From positions 1,128,004 through 1,192,003 of the forward strand of contig CAVPIF010000003.1 in the NCBI GenBank assembly GCA_963704935.1: a DNA stretch of 64,000 nt, in the 5' to 3' direction. The stretch comes from an uncultured Chloroflexia bacterium (GTDB lineage Bacteria > Chloroflexota > Limnocylindria > Limnocylindrales > CSP1-4). Below are positions 43,612-55,608 of this stretch, piece after piece. A program made the translations under genes and the position numbers. The notes beneath the pieces are model-generated. The model did no database searches. It saw only the letters and a program-made list of their open reading frames with translations, and was not told the DNA's origin. Each line of letters starts with the position of its first letter. Positions within the stretch are counted from its first letter, which is position 1.

Positions 43612-44870
43612 GTGGCGATGCCACCAGTCGAGAGCCTGGGACCAGTCGAGACGGATGATCGGATCGGGCTCCCGTCCGCCCGGCGGATCGTCGTCTTCTC
43701 GTCGATCGCGGGGGCGATGACCGTGTTCGGGCAGACGGCCGGCGTGTCCGTGTTCATCGATCACCTGATCCGGGACCTGGCGATCCCGCGGCCGGTCATC
43801 TCGACGATCTACTCGGCGGCGTCCCTGACCGCTGCCCTCGCGATGCCTTGGGTCGGGCGGCGCATCGATCGCGCCGGGATCCGCCGCTCGACCCTCGTGG
43901 TCAGCGCGGTCTTCGGCGGCGTCGGTGCTGGCCATGGCCGGGGTGTGGGAGCCGGTCGGACTGGCCGTCGCCTTCTTCGCGATCCGGCTGCTCGGCCAGG
44001 GCGCCCTCAGCCTGCTCTCCAAGATCGTCGTCGCGCTGCGCTTCCGACAGGGGCTCGGCCGGGCGGTCGGCATCAGCGGGGCCGCCGGGGCGCTCGGCTT
44101 CTCGATCCTGCCGATCCCGATCAGCGCCCTGATCGAGCAGGTCGGCTGGCGCGCCCGCGCTGGCCATCGGCGGAGTCTCGATCTGGCTGGTGATGCTGCC
44201 GCTCACGCTCTGGGCGCTGAACCGCCAGCAGGATCGCTCGCTGTCCGGCTTCGACCGCCCGGCCGGCGCACCCGCGGTCCGGGGTGCGACGCGGTCCGAG
44301 GCGATCCGGACCGGGATGTTCTGGGTGATCAGCCTGACCGTGGCCACGGTCTCCCTGGTGATCACCGCCCTGACCTTCCACCAGATCTCGATCCTCGGCG
44401 AGGCCGGTCTGTCGCCGACCCAGGCGGCGGCGGTGTTCTTCCCGCAGACCGTCGCGTCGACCGGGGCCCTCCTCGCGGTCGGCTTCCTGGCCGACCGGAT
44501 CCCCGGTCGGCTGATGCTGGCGGGCTCGATGACGCTCCTCGCGGTGGCGGTCGGCCTGATCCAGGTGATGGATGCCGGGCTGATCCCGTTCGTGTACGCG
44601 GTCACGCTCGGGCTGGCGATGGGGACCGCGTTCGCGGCCGAGGGCGTCCTCTACCCGCGCTACTTCGGCGTCCGCGAGATCGGCGCGATCCGCGGCCTGG
44701 CCTTCACGGTCGGCGTCGCCGCCGCGGCCCTCGGGCCGATCATCGTCGGAGTCGCGCGGGGCGCGACCGACGACTACTCGCTGGCCGGATTCGCGCTCGT
44801 GTGGATGCCGATCGCCGTCGGTGCCGCGGCGGTCATCGTGCGGGCACCGACGAGCGCCGCTCGGCGTTGA
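43612..44870 (+). pseudogene. MFS transporter, two +1 frameshifts as assembled
   Basis: Three consecutive ORFs (43612.., 43925.., 44190..44870) each carry MFS-like TM segments. The joins are at ~43918 (FGGV|LAMAGVW) and ~44155 (VGWR|PALAIGGVSIWLVML). Confidence 0.7.
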
Positions 44871-46053
44871 TCGGCAGCGTGGCCAGCGCGGCTGCGACGA
44901 ACGCCACCGCCATCAGGCCGAATACGACCGGCACCCCGGCGGTCTCGCCAAGCAGGTCGATGACGACGCCGTAGCCGGCGGTCCACAGCGACCCGACCCC
45001 GAACGCCAGGGTGAAGTACAGGGCATACGACGCGTCGCGCGTCGCCGGCGGGGCGATGTCGGCGAGGAGGGCCTGGAGCTGGGGCGACTCGGCGAACGAG
45101 AACAGGCCCATGATCACGATCCCGACCCACAGGCCCACCAGCGACGACCCGGCCAGCAGGAACACGACGAAACCGACCGCTCCGCCAAGGTAGGCGCCGA
45201 TGATCATCGGCTTGCGACCCAACCGGTCCGACAGCCACCCGGCCAGCAGCGGCATGGGCACGCTGAAGACGATGAGGGCCCCGTACATCAGCCCGCTGGT
45301 CGCCTCCCCCACCCCGATGACCCGGGTCAGGTGGATCAGCACGAACAGGTTGACCGTCCCGAGTCCGCGACCGCCGCCGCCCAGCACGGAAGTCAGGAAG
45401 AGCCAGCGCAGGTCCCGGTCGCCGATGACCCGACGAAGGGCATCCCGCGACGAGCCGCCGGCCCTGGCCGCAACCCGATCCGTACCGTGTTCGCGGACGA
45501 GGGCGAGGACCAGCAGCGCGATGCCGATCGCGGCCACGCCGAACACGATCGACGCCCCGCGCCACCCGATGAGTGCCAGCAGCGGGACGCCGATCACCGC
45601 GATGAGCACGGTCCCGACATTGCCGCCGGCGATGTGGGCGCTGATCGCAAAGCCATGCCGCTTGGGTGGGAACTGCTCGGCCAGGAGCCCGTTGCCGACC
45701 GGGTGCTGCGGCGACCCGCCGATCCGGGCCACGATGTTGGCCAGGGCGAAGGTCCCGAACCCGGTCGCCAGCGCCTGGGCCGCGAAGCCGCCCCCGAACA
45801 GCAGCCCGCCGAATCCCAGCAGCCGACGTCGAGACACCCGCCGGGTCAGCTCCGCGTAGGACAACTGCACGAGGCCGGATGCGAACGCCCCGGCCGCGGC
45901 CAGGAAGGCGACCGCCTCCACGCCGACCCCGTATTCATCGATGATCGCGAGGAAGATCAGCGGCAGCAGGACCGCGAAGGCGTGGTTGACCGCATGCGCC
46001 ACGGACAGCAGCGCGAGCGATCGATGGGGGTGGATCTCCGAGTCTTCGGGCAC
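44833..46053 (-). CDS. MFS transporter
   Basis: 406-aa ORF with 12 predicted TM helices. LLAGWLSDRLGRKP is an MFS loop motif. Confidence 0.9.
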   Translation of the reverse strand: MPEDSEIHPHRSLALLSVAHAVNHAFAVLLPLIFLAIIDEYGVGVEAVAFLAAAGAFASGLVQLSYAELTRRVSRRRLLGFGGLLFGGGFAAQALATGFGTFALANIVARIGGSPQHPVGNGLLAEQFPPKRHGFAISAHIAGGNVGTVLIAVIGVPLLALIGWRGASIVFGVAAIGIALLVLALVREHGTDRVAARAGGSSRDALRRVIGDRDLRWLFLTSVLGGGGRGLGTVNLFVLIHLTRVIGVGEATSGLMYGALIVFSVPMPLLAGWLSDRLGRKPMIIGAYLGGAVGFVVFLLAGSSLVGLWVGIVIMGLFSFAESPQLQALLADIAPPATRDASYALYFTLAFGVGSLWTAGYGVVIDLLGETAGVPVVFGLMAVAFVAAALATLPINAERRSSVPAR

Positions 46054-46081
46054 GCCGCCGATGATGCGGTATCGGCGGCGC

Positions 46082-46849
46082 TCAGGCGCAGCGCAGCCGG
46101 AGCCGCGTCGGGATGAGGCGCATCGCCCGGTGGTCCATCCAGACGAAGCCCAGGAGGTCCGGCATCGTCGAGGCTTCGAAGCGGAGCGTGCCCAGCCAGT
46201 GCGAACCGGACTCCGGGAAGGTGACGTCCACGACGGCCCGGCACTCCGTCAGTCGCCGGCGATTGGCCATCGTCCGTCGGACGACGAGCAGGCCACCCAC
46301 TCGCCAGCCGATCGGCGCCACGACCCACGCGGCGTCGACGGCGTCCCGCAGGCTGGCAATGAGGCCCTGCGCGTCCGTCACGACATCCGCGACGCACACG
46401 ACCAACAGCTCCCCGGAAGCCATCACAGCGTGCTGGTTGAAACGCCGAAGTCGCGGGCCCCGCTGCAGCTGGACGAAGGATCCCCATCCGCTCGTCGACG
46501 CTTCGGTTGCGTCGGTTCGTGCTCCGAACAACGACCAGCCGCCTTCGCCGGCAAGGCCAAGGATCGCCGCGATCCCAAACGGCTCGCTGTTGGGTGTCGT
46601 GGTCCCAAGGCCCAACCCGACCGATTCGGCGGCGGCAACCCACGTGGCCAGCGGCGCGCCTGCCCCATGACCGAGCTCCAGTCGGCTGATCTGCGGTTGC
46701 GAGAGCCCGATGCTCGCGCCCAGCTCCGACTGCGTCAGCCCGACCCGGAAACGCATCCGCCGGACCTCGCGGCCCCATTCGAGAGCGACCTCATGCGCCC
46801 TGCCTGTACCGGTCTTCGCCTCAGCAGCCGGCCGCCGTCGCTCGCCCAT
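46082..46849 (-). CDS. XRE-family HTH domain protein with uncharacterised C-terminal domain
   Basis: VRRMRFRVGLTQSELGASIGLSQPQISRLELG. The ATG at 46849 was chosen inside a longer ORF, so the start is uncertain. Confidence 0.6.
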   Translation of the reverse strand: MGERRRPAAEAKTGTGRAHEVALEWGREVRRMRFRVGLTQSELGASIGLSQPQISRLELGHGAGAPLATWVAAAESVGLGLGTTTPNSEPFGIAAILGLAGEGGWSLFGARTDATEASTSGWGSFVQLQRGPRLRRFNQHAVMASGELLVVCVADVVTDAQGLIASLRDAVDAAWVVAPIGWRVGGLLVVRRTMANRRRLTECRAVVDVTFPESGSHWLGTLRFEASTMPDLLGFVWMDHRAMRLIPTRLRLRCA

Positions 46850-47133
46850 GCCCGTGATGTTGGCGTCGCACGCATATCCGTCGCTTACCCGCCTGGCTCG
46901 ATGGACCGCCACCCTGGAGCTCCCCCCGCCCCCGGCGGGACCTTCGCACGTCATGCGTCCGACGAATGAAGCAGGCGTGGCGAGGGCCACGATTGGGGCT
47001 GCGACAGCGCCCTCGACGCTCACGTCATGCGTGGCGTGCATGACGTGCGATGGCAACGGGCGCGGGGGCGCGGGGCGGGGTGCGCGGGCCGCGGGCGCGA
47101 TGGCAACGGAGTGCGCGGGCCGCGCGCCGGAGA

Positions 47134-49278
47134 TCAGTACTGGAAGAGCAGCTCCCGGTACTTCGGCAGGGGCCACAGGTCGTCGGCGACAAGGGTCTCG
47201 AGCTCGTCCGCGACGGCCCGCAGGGCGTTCTGGGCCGGGATCACCTCGGCCACGAACACCTGTGCCTCCGGATGGACGGATCCCGCAGCGTGGGCGGCGT
47301 GCTGCGCGTGCTCCAGGGCCGCGATGGCGTCGACCAGGCCGTCAGCCAGACCGGCGACCCGCTCGGCGACAGCGGCGATCCCCCTCGACGAGCCGGCAGC
47401 GGCCAACCGACCCAGATACTGCGCCGCGGCGGGCAGGATCATCGTCCGGGCGATATCCAGGGCGCAGCTGGCCTCGATGTCCTGGACCTTGACGTAACGC
47501 TCCCAGTTGATCTCGACCCGTGAGGCCAGCTCGCGTTCCGAGAGCACGCCGAACTTGGAGAAGACCGTCTTGGCCTTCTGGGTCGTCAGTGCCGGGAGGG
47601 CGTCAACCGTGGTCTTGTTGTTCGGCAGCCCGCGGCGCTCGGCCTCGGCGTGCCATGCCTCGGAGTACCCGTTCCCTTCGAACAGGACCTGCTTGTTGGC
47701 CTTGACGATGCGGGACAGGATGACGCCGAGCCCGTCGAAATCGCCGTGCTCCAGCTGCTCCAGCTCGTCGGCCAGGTCGCTGAGCGAATCGGCCACGGCC
47801 GTGTTGAGGACGGTCTGCGGCCAGTAGATCGGGGCCGATGAGCCGACCGCCCGGAACTCGAACTTGTTGCCCGTGAACGCGAACGGTGAGGTCCGGTTGC
47901 GGTCGGTCGCGTCCCGCGAGAGGACCGGCAACGACGTGGCGCCGAGTTCCAGGTTGCCGCCCTTCTTCGAACCCGCGGCGGGGCCCCGTTCCAGCTGATC
48001 GATGACGTCCTCGAGCTGCGCGCCCAGGAAGATCGACATGATCGCCGGCGGGGCCTCGTTGGCCCCGAGTCGGTGGTCGTTGCCCGCGTCGGCGATGCTC
48101 GCGCGGAGCAGGTCGGCGTGGACGTTGACGCCGCGGATGACGGCCAGCAGGAAGGCCAGGAACTGCGCGTTGGCCTCCGGGTCATGGCCCGGGTCGAGCA
48201 GGTTCTCGCCCTGGTCCGTGGCCATCGACCAGTTGTTGTGCTTGCCGGAGCCGTTGATGCCGGCGAACGGCTTCTCGTGGATCAGCAGCATCAACCCATG
48301 CTGCGGGGCAAGCCGCCGCATGAGGCTCATGACGACCATGTTGTGGTCGGAGCCGACCGAGGTCGCCTCGTAGACGGGCGCCATCTCGAACTGACCCGGG
48401 GCGACCTCGTTGTGCCGGGTCTTGGCCGGGATGCCCAGTCGCCACAGTTCGCGATCGAGATCCATCATGAACGCGAGGATCCGCTCGCGGATGGGGCCGA
48501 AGTACTGGTCCTCCAGCTCCTGGCCCTTGGGCGACGGCGCGCCGAACAGCGTTCGGCCGGTAAGGAGGAGGTCCGGGCGCCCTTCGGCGAGCCGGCGGTC
48601 GACCAGGAAGTACTCCTGCTCCGGACCGATGTTCGTGAACACCCGCCTGGCCGTCGTGTTGTCGAACCAGCGCAGGATCCGGAGCGCCTGCCGGCCGAGG
48701 GCCTCCTGCGACCGCAGCAGCGGGATCTTGTAGTCGAGCGCCTCTCCGGTGAACGACACGTACGCCGTCGGGATCGTCAGGGTGACCCCGTTCGGCTCCA
48801 CCTGGAGGAAGATCGGGCTCGTGACGTCCCACCCGGTATAGCCACGCGCCTCGAACGTCGCGCGCAGGCCGCCGGACGGGAACGAGCTCGCGTCCGGCTC
48901 GCCCTGGAGCAGGTTCTTCCCGGAGAACTCGGCGACCGTCTGGCCGTCGCCCGTGGGGTTCAGGAACGAGTCGTGCTTCTCCGCGGTGGAGCCGGTCATC
49001 GGCACGAACCAGTGCGTGAAGTGGGTCGCCCCGTGGGCCATCGCCCACTCCTTCACGCCGTGCGCGACGGCGTCGACGATGTCCGGATCGAACGGCTCGT
49101 GGCCGTCGATGGTCTGGCGCAGCTTCAGGAAGATCGGCTTGGCCAGGTACTGGCGCTGGGCGCCCTCGTGGAACACGTACTGGCCGTAGATGTCGGCGCC
49201 CGCGTGCTCGAGGTAGTTCTGGGTCTTGGCGACACGGTGGTTGGCGATGGCCGCGATGGCCGTGTTTCGAGCGGTCAT
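47134..49278 (-). CDS. glnN: Type III glutamine synthetase
   Basis: 714-aa ORF. GATHFTHWFVPMTGSTAEKHDSF, NGSGKHNNWS and the overall length are characteristic of GSIII. Confidence 0.9.
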   Translation of the reverse strand: MTARNTAIAAIANHRVAKTQNYLEHAGADIYGQYVFHEGAQRQYLAKPIFLKLRQTIDGHEPFDPDIVDAVAHGVKEWAMAHGATHFTHWFVPMTGSTAEKHDSFLNPTGDGQTVAEFSGKNLLQGEPDASSFPSGGLRATFEARGYTGWDVTSPIFLQVEPNGVTLTIPTAYVSFTGEALDYKIPLLRSQEALGRQALRILRWFDNTTARRVFTNIGPEQEYFLVDRRLAEGRPDLLLTGRTLFGAPSPKGQELEDQYFGPIRERILAFMMDLDRELWRLGIPAKTRHNEVAPGQFEMAPVYEATSVGSDHNMVVMSLMRRLAPQHGLMLLIHEKPFAGINGSGKHNNWSMATDQGENLLDPGHDPEANAQFLAFLLAVIRGVNVHADLLRASIADAGNDHRLGANEAPPAIMSIFLGAQLEDVIDQLERGPAAGSKKGGNLELGATSLPVLSRDATDRNRTSPFAFTGNKFEFRAVGSSAPIYWPQTVLNTAVADSLSDLADELEQLEHGDFDGLGVILSRIVKANKQVLFEGNGYSEAWHAEAERRGLPNNKTTVDALPALTTQKAKTVFSKFGVLSERELASRVEINWERYVKVQDIEASCALDIARTMILPAAAQYLGRLAAAGSSRGIAAVAERVAGLADGLVDAIAALEHAQHAAHAAGSVHPEAQVFVAEVIPAQNALRAVADELETLVADDLWPLPKYRELLFQY

Positions 49279-49370
49279 GTGACTCCTTGCGATGTCCGCA
49301 CGATATCAGGAGGTCGGGTTGCGGTTCAGTACCCGAGCCGCCCGAACGTGGTATGCGATTGCCGCAACCT

Positions 49371-50828
49371 TCAGGCTGGATCCGGAGCCCGACCACGGCC
49401 CGGGCCTCGGGCCGCCACGAGGTCGTCCAGCAGGCGACCGAACTCACGCTCGACGTCGACGTAGCGGTCCGATCGCCAGACCAGTCCGAGCTGGCCGTCC
49501 TGCGAGCGTCGTGCCCAGACACGACGGCGCGGGAGGTAGAACGTGATCGTGATCCCGGCGATCAGGGACAGGAACGCGACCCAGACCAGCCCCTGGCCGG
49601 GGTCCGCCTTGGCGATGAGCAGCGTGTACTCACCGAAGGCCTTGAGGCTGATCGAGATCCCCAGGTCGTCCGAGACCTTCGTATCGCCGCGCACGAGCGT
49701 GACCGGGTCGTAGTTCTGGGGGATCGGGTTGCCGTCCTCGTCCGTCCCGACGATGCGGTACGGCAGGACCAGCACGACGCCGGTGCCGTCCGCGGCGCGG
49801 CTGAGCAGGAGCTGCAGGCCCAGATCACGACCCGGCACGGCGAGGATCCCGTAGGGCGAGCCGAGGGCCTCGTCGGTCAGCGGGACCTGGGCGTCCCACA
49901 GCGGCTTTCCCTCCGCGTCGCGCACGACCAGGTGCGGGGCGGCGCCGAACCCGTTCTGGTGGAAGGTGTATCCACCGATGGAGAGCGGGTCGTTGACGCG
50001 GATCGTCTTGCGCGCGATCTCCCGGCCGTCCTGGAAGACCGCCAGGTCGGTCGTGAAGTCGGTCGGCATGCCCGTCTCGAATCCTGGTGCCTCGAACGCC
50101 AGGTTCTTGACCAGCAGCAGGCCGGGCGTGCCGATCGGCTGGACCGTGAGCGATTCGCCTTCCGGGACGACGAGTCCCTGCTCATCGCCGAAGCGGGCCG
50201 TGACCGCAGCCGCGGCGAGGAACAGGATGAGCCCGAGGTGGGTGAGGAGCGTCGCCATCTTGGTGTACTGGTGGCGGTCGCCGTAGACGTGGACCGTGCC
50301 GTCGGCCGTCGACCGCCTCGCGCACCCGGAACCCGTGGCGCCGGACGACCTCGGCGACGGCCGTCGCGGTCACCCCGTCCAGCGCGGCCCGGTCCGGGAG
50401 CCGGGGGTCGTAGTACGGGTCCGGCTGCACGATGCGGATGTCCGAGACGCCGCGCCACAGCCGCGGCGTCCGATCCAGCGTGCAGATGACGATCGAGATC
50501 GTGAGCACCAGCAGGCCGAGGCTGAACCACGGGGAGCGGAAGACCGAGAACGCCCCGAGCCGCTCCAGGATCTCGACGACCGACGGCCCGAGGACGAGGT
50601 CGTAGCGCGCGCGGATCGTGTCCATCGCGGCCGCGTGGTCGCCGGCGGACCGGAAGGCCGAATCCGGGAGCTGCTGGAGGGTCATCCCGACGACCGCGAG
50701 CAGCGCCAGCGCGATGATCTGGACGACGGCGAAGTCGACCGACGTGAAGAGGCCCCACAGGCGCCTCCCGGCCCGGGCGAGGACGGGGGCGGCGGGACGG
50801 TCCGGGTCGATGGCGCCCCGAGGGTCAC
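49371..50828 (-). pseudogene. resB: Cytochrome c biogenesis protein ResB/Ccs1, frameshifted as assembled
   Basis: The N-terminal part (RRLWGLFTSVDFAVVQIIALALLAVVGMTLQQLP..) and the C-terminal ORF 49371..50258 join at ~50290 (REAVDG|DGTVHVYGDRHQYTKMATLL). The 5' end needs another shift near a C-run at ~50790, so the start is uncertain. Confidence 0.75.
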
Positions 50829-52104
50829 CGGCGTCGCGATGACCGGCCCCCTATCGGCGCCGACGGGCGAGGCCGCGCTCCGGCGGGCCGCGGCGAGGGC
50901 CGCCGAGAAGTCGGCCTGGAGGTCGTCCAGGTCCTCCAGGCCGATCGACACGCGCAGCAGGCCCGCCGTGATGCCCGCCGCATCGAGCTGGGCGTCCGTC
51001 ATCTGTCGCTGGGACGTGGACGGCGGGTGCACGACGATCGTGTGGACGCTGCCGAGCGAGGCGGTCAGCTCGGTCAGGGTGAGGGCGTCGATGAACGCCC
51101 GGCCGGCCGCCCGGCCGCCGGCCAGTTCGACGGCCAGCATCCCGCCGGCGACCCCGGGGCGGAACTGGCGCGCGGCCACGTCATGCTGGGGATGGCTCGG
51201 AAGGCCCGGGTAGAGGACGCGCTCCACGCCGTCCTGACGCTCCAGCCAGGCGGCCAGTGCCGCCGCCGTGGCGGCGTGGCGATCCACCCGGACCGCGAGC
51301 GTGAGGATGCCGCGCAGCACGAGGAACGCGTCGAACGGACCGATCGTGGCGCCGGTGTCCACCTGGACCTTCTCCACCAGTCGGATCCGATCCGCCGTCC
51401 CGGCGACCACGCCGGCGATCACGTCGCTGTGACCGGACAGGAACTTCGTGGCCGACTCCACGACCAGGTCCGCCCCGAGTTCCAGCGGGCGACAGACGTA
51501 CGGCGAGGCGAACGTGTTGTCGACGATGTAGGTCGCGCCGTGGTCGTGGGCCAGTCGCGAGATCGCGGCGTGATCGGTCACGACGGTCGTCGGGTTGGCG
51601 ATCGTCTCCGCGTAGACGACCCGGGTCGGGGCGGCGGCGATGGCGGCGGCCGCGGCCGCCGGGTCGGTCAGGTCGACGAAGTCGACCGTGACGCCGAAGT
51701 TCGCGAACGTGTCGACCAGCTGGGTCCGGGTGGAGCCGTAGATCGCCAACGGTGCGACGACCCGGTCTCCCGCGGACAGCTGCGAGGCGAGCGCGGCGTG
51801 GATGGCCGCCATCCCGGACGCGAGGGCGACCCCGGCCTCGCCGCCGGCGATCTCCGCATAGGCCGCCCCGAGCGCGGAGGTGGTCGGGTTGGACAGCCGC
51901 GAGTAGGCGTAGCCGGCCCGCGCGTCCGACGTGACCGTCGCCGAGCTCCTCGGCACCGCCCGAGGTGAAGGTCGCGGTCTGGTAGATCGGCACGCTGGTG
52001 GGTCGCTGGTCGACCCGCGGGATCCTCGACGCGGCCCGGATGGCGCGCGTCGAGAAGCCCGGCGCCGGACGCGGCTGGTCGCGGGCTCCGTCGTCATCGC
52101 GCAC
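50682..52104 (-). pseudogene. PLP-dependent Cys/Met-metabolism enzyme (cystathionine gamma-synthase / methionine gamma-lyase family), frameshifted as assembled
   Basis: The N-terminus GFSTRAIRAA..PIYQTATF is in the frame of 52104. YSRLSNPT..SGMAAI..SATKFLSGHSDV..VSIGLEDLDDL is in the frame of 52097. The join is at ~51935. The ORF stays open to 50682, which is probably read-through. Confidence 0.75.
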
Positions 52105-52128
52105 GGGCGGATGCTACACCGACCCCCT

Positions 52129-53390
52129 TCAGCGCGGAGCCGGGACCCCGGGTGCGGACGTCGGGCGGTCCGCGGGCATCGGGACGCCGGTGACGCGGTT
52201 CTTGCCGGCCCGCTTGGACATGTACATCGCCCGGTCGGCGGTGATCATCAGTTCGTCCGCCGTGGACCCGTCGTCCGGATAGCTGACCACCCCGATGGAC
52301 AGCGACGGCCGGGGCGCCTGCTCCGGCAGCTCCACCCCCATCTCGTGGACACCGATCCGGATCTTCTCGGCCAGGACGTAGGCGCCGGTCGGGTCCGTCT
52401 CGGGCAGCAGGACGACGAACTCGTCGCCGCCGTAGCGGGCGGCCGTGTCGATCCGTCGGACCCCGGCGGTGACGACCTCGCCGACCGACCGCAGGACCCG
52501 GTCGCCGTGGAAGTGCCCAGCCGGTCGTTGATCGCCTTGAGCTCGTCGAGGTCCATCATCAGCAGGCAGAACCCGCGCCCGGACCGGGCACTCCGGGCGA
52601 TCTCGCGTTCCAGCGCCGCGAAGAAGAAGCCGCGGTTGAACAGGCCGGTCAGCGGGTCGATGGTCGACAGGCGGATGGCGGCATCGCGGGATCGGCGCTG
52701 TTCGCGGGCGATGACCATCGCGACGTAGGCGAGCAGGATCATCGCGGTCAGGTTCACGCCGACCACGGCGATCGTCGTGGGGCTCACGGCATCCCGGGCC
52801 GATCCGAGGATGACGGCCGACAGGTACCCGAGCGCCGCGATCGTCGTCAGGGTGATCGTGATCGGCGGCATCACGACCAGCGCCGCACCGCCGACGATGA
52901 GCGGGAAGGTGAAGAAGAACGGGCTCTCGACACCGCCGGTCAGCGCGACGAGCATGGTCGCCACGGTGATCGCGACCGATCCCTCCAGCGCGAACTTGCG
53001 CCGCGCCCAGCGCGCCGGCGGGCAGCAGGTCGTGGACGACCAGCACGAACGGCCCCGGCCACGACCAGGAGGACGAGGATCGCCGGCTGGTTCTGGGGCC
53101 ACAGATCCGCTCGCCGCGACGACGGTCATCGCGGCCAGCAGGAAGACCCAGCTGACGACCCGCACGACGCGGTCGTACGTGTGGGTGTCCTCACCGGGCG
53201 CGTCCGACTCATCGTCCAGGCCGCCGGTGACGGCGGCCGCGGCCATCGCCCGCTCGGAGCCGGGACCGATCCGCTCGCCGGCCGGCGTCCGTGATCGGCG
53301 GATGATGGGCGACGCCACGAGGACGGCCATCACCACGAGGTTGGCGATGACTGCGATCACGATCAGGGCGAGGATCAGATCGACCGGCAC
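52129..53390 (-). pseudogene. Membrane-bound GGDEF-domain protein, several frameshifts as assembled
   Basis: N-terminal TM region (53390 frame). It is interrupted three times around 53010-53090 and once at ~52505 (AINDRLG|HFHGDRVL). The C-terminal part is RYGGDEFVVLLPETD..ADRAMYMSKRAGKNR. Confidence 0.75.
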
Positions 53391-53420
53391 CGAGCCAGTG
53401 TAGTCGGTCGTCAGAGCCGC

Positions 53421-53865
53421 CTAGCGAGTGCCCCACTGGTAGGTCTGCTTGACCATCCGCAGGTAGACGTACGTCTCCGTCTCACGCACGCCCTCGATCG
53501 CGCGGAGCTTGTCGGTGAGGAAGCGCAGCAGCGCCTCGTTGTCCTCGCAGACCGTCTCGATGAGCAGGTCGTACGTGCCGGCCGTGATGACCACGTAGTC
53601 GACCTCCGGCATCTCGGCGATCTGCTCCGCGACCGTGATGAGCTGGGCGCTCTCGCAGCGGACCCCGATCATCGCCATCTGGTGGAACCCGAGCTTGAGC
53701 GGGTCGGTCACGCCCGACGATCTGGAGGATGCCGCGCTCGATCAGCCGGTTGGTCCGGGCGCGGACGGCGGCCTCGGAGACGCCGAGCTCGGCGGCGATC
53801 TGGGTGAACGGACGACGGCCGTCCGCCTGCAGGTGCTCGATGATCCGCTTGTCGAGGTCGGACAC
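53421..53865 (-). pseudogene. Lrp/AsnC-family regulator, one frameshift as assembled
   Basis: The HTH part MSDLDKRIIEHLQADGRRPFTQIAAELGVSEAAVRARTNRLIERGILQIVG joins VTDPLKLGFHQMAMIGVRCE.. (ORF 53421..53711) at ~53712. Confidence 0.8.
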
Positions 53866-53984
53866 CTCCTCGCTGGGTCGGGCCGGGTGTTCGGCCGCGG
53901 TCGCGAGCGTCCGTCCAGCGTCATCGTGGCCTCCGCCTCGGGTCCGGCGCGTGTGCGCAGGGGTTGACCGCGAAGCCTACGGCC

Positions 53985-54620
53985 TCAGGGCGTCGGCGTC
54001 GCCTCGTCTCCGCCGGATGTCGCGTCGGGTGAGGCCGTGGGCGTCGGCGTCGGGTCGAGCACCACCCCGGGCGCCGACACCGGCACGACGGTCCGGGCCC
54101 GGAGCGGGGAGACGAGGCGGTCCAGCGCGATGACGAGTGCGATGAGGGCTTCCGTCTGGCGCGCATCGGGCTCGGCGGGGCGCTCGCCGGTTCTGCGGGC
54201 CCCAGGTCACCAGGATGTTGGCGCCCGTGATCGCGATCGGGTGCCTCGCCCTGGCCCGGCGGCTCGCCGGCCGGTCCAGTCGGTGGCATCGGCCAGCGCG
54301 AGCGATGTCCGGTACTCGCTGACGGCGAGCGGCCACCCCAGGTAGGTCGCGTTGATGCGCTTCACGAGATCGCCGTCGTCGCCGGCGCTCGCGTTGTTGG
54401 CCGTGATCCGCAGGCCGGCCCGCCCGAGCCCGAGGTAGACATCGTCGGCGGTCGTCGGGTCGCCCAGGTGCGGATCAGGGGTGACCACGGGCGTCGGGCG
54501 CACGGTCGGCGCGACGCTCGGCGGCGGCTCGCCGCAGGCCGCGAGGACGGTGGCCAGGCTCACCAGGAGCGGGAGGGCGATCACCCGCGCCCCGAGGTTC
54601 CGCGTGGATGGACGGTGCAT
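53985..54620 (-). pseudogene. Hypothetical lipoprotein, probably two frameshifts as assembled
   Basis: Lipobox LATVLAACG at the N-terminus (ORF 54207..54620). Plausible continuation in two other frames (HPIAITGANILVTWGP; ..ALIALVIALDRLVSPL.. to a stop at 53985). Confidence 0.45.
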
Positions 54621-54689
54621 CGCCCGCGAAGGCTACCACCGGACCCCGCGGTCGCGGCCGATCCGGAAGTACTGGCCGCGGAGGGGTCG

Positions 54690-55603
54690 TCAGGCGAGGC
54701 GGGCGAGGACCGGGGCGAACGCCTCGATACTGGACCGGGTGATCGGATCGAGCACGACCTGGACGTGCGTGATCCCCTCGTCCGCGTAGGCGCGCAAGCA
54801 TCTCCGCCATCGCGTCCGGGCTGCCCTCCAGCGGCGCCCACGCCGGCACGGTGTCGTCGCCCTGGATCCGACCCCGGCCACCCGGCAAGCGGACCTGGAC
54901 CGCGACCGACCGCTGCACCGTCGGCCGGGTCGCGACCGACGTCGCGGCAGGCGGCGTCCACCAGCTCGCGCAGCGGCGGGACGCCGGTCGGCAGATTGCC
55001 CGTGTCGGAGAACCACGAGTTCCAGGCGTCCGCGTGCGGCATCGTCAGCCGCAGCATCCGCGGGCCGTTGGAGCCGATCAGCAGCGGCGGACCCTCGGCG
55101 CGCGGACCGCGCGGCAGCAGTTCGCAGTCGCGGGCCTGGTAGAAGTGCCCGTCGAAGTCGATGGCGCCCTCGCGCAGCAGCGTGCGGATGATCGTGAACG
55201 CTTCCTCGAACCGGTCGATCCGGTGGTCGAACGGGAAGCCGAAGGCCCGGAACTCGGTCTCGTTCCAGCCGGCGCCGAGGCCCAGGATGAACCGGCCACC
55301 GCTGATCTCGTCGATGGTCGCCGCCTGCTTCGCCAGCAGCGCCGGGTTGTGGAAGCCGGTGCACGCGACGAGCGGCCCGAACTCGACCCGCGACGTGACG
55401 GCGGCGATGGCGGCCATGAGCGTCCAGGCCTCCCACGGGCCGCGCGGGCCGCGATCCGGCCAGCGATACAGGAGGTGCTCCCCGACCCAGATGGAGTCGT
55501 AGCCGAGGTCCTCGATGGCGCGGACCATGTCGAGGAGCTCCGGCCAGCGGACGTCGCGCTCGACCTCGGGGAGCTGGACCCCGACCTTGATCCGACGACC
55601 CAC
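54690..55603 (-). pseudogene. LLM-class (luciferase-like, F420-type) oxidoreductase, two frameshifts as assembled
   Basis: GTG at 55603. IKVGVQLPEVERDVRWPELLDMV..GLGAGWNETEF.. then joins at ~54915 and ~54800 to reach ..YADEGITHVQVVLDPITRSSIEAFAPVLARLA-stop at 54690. Confidence 0.75.
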
Positions 55604-55608
55604 CCGGG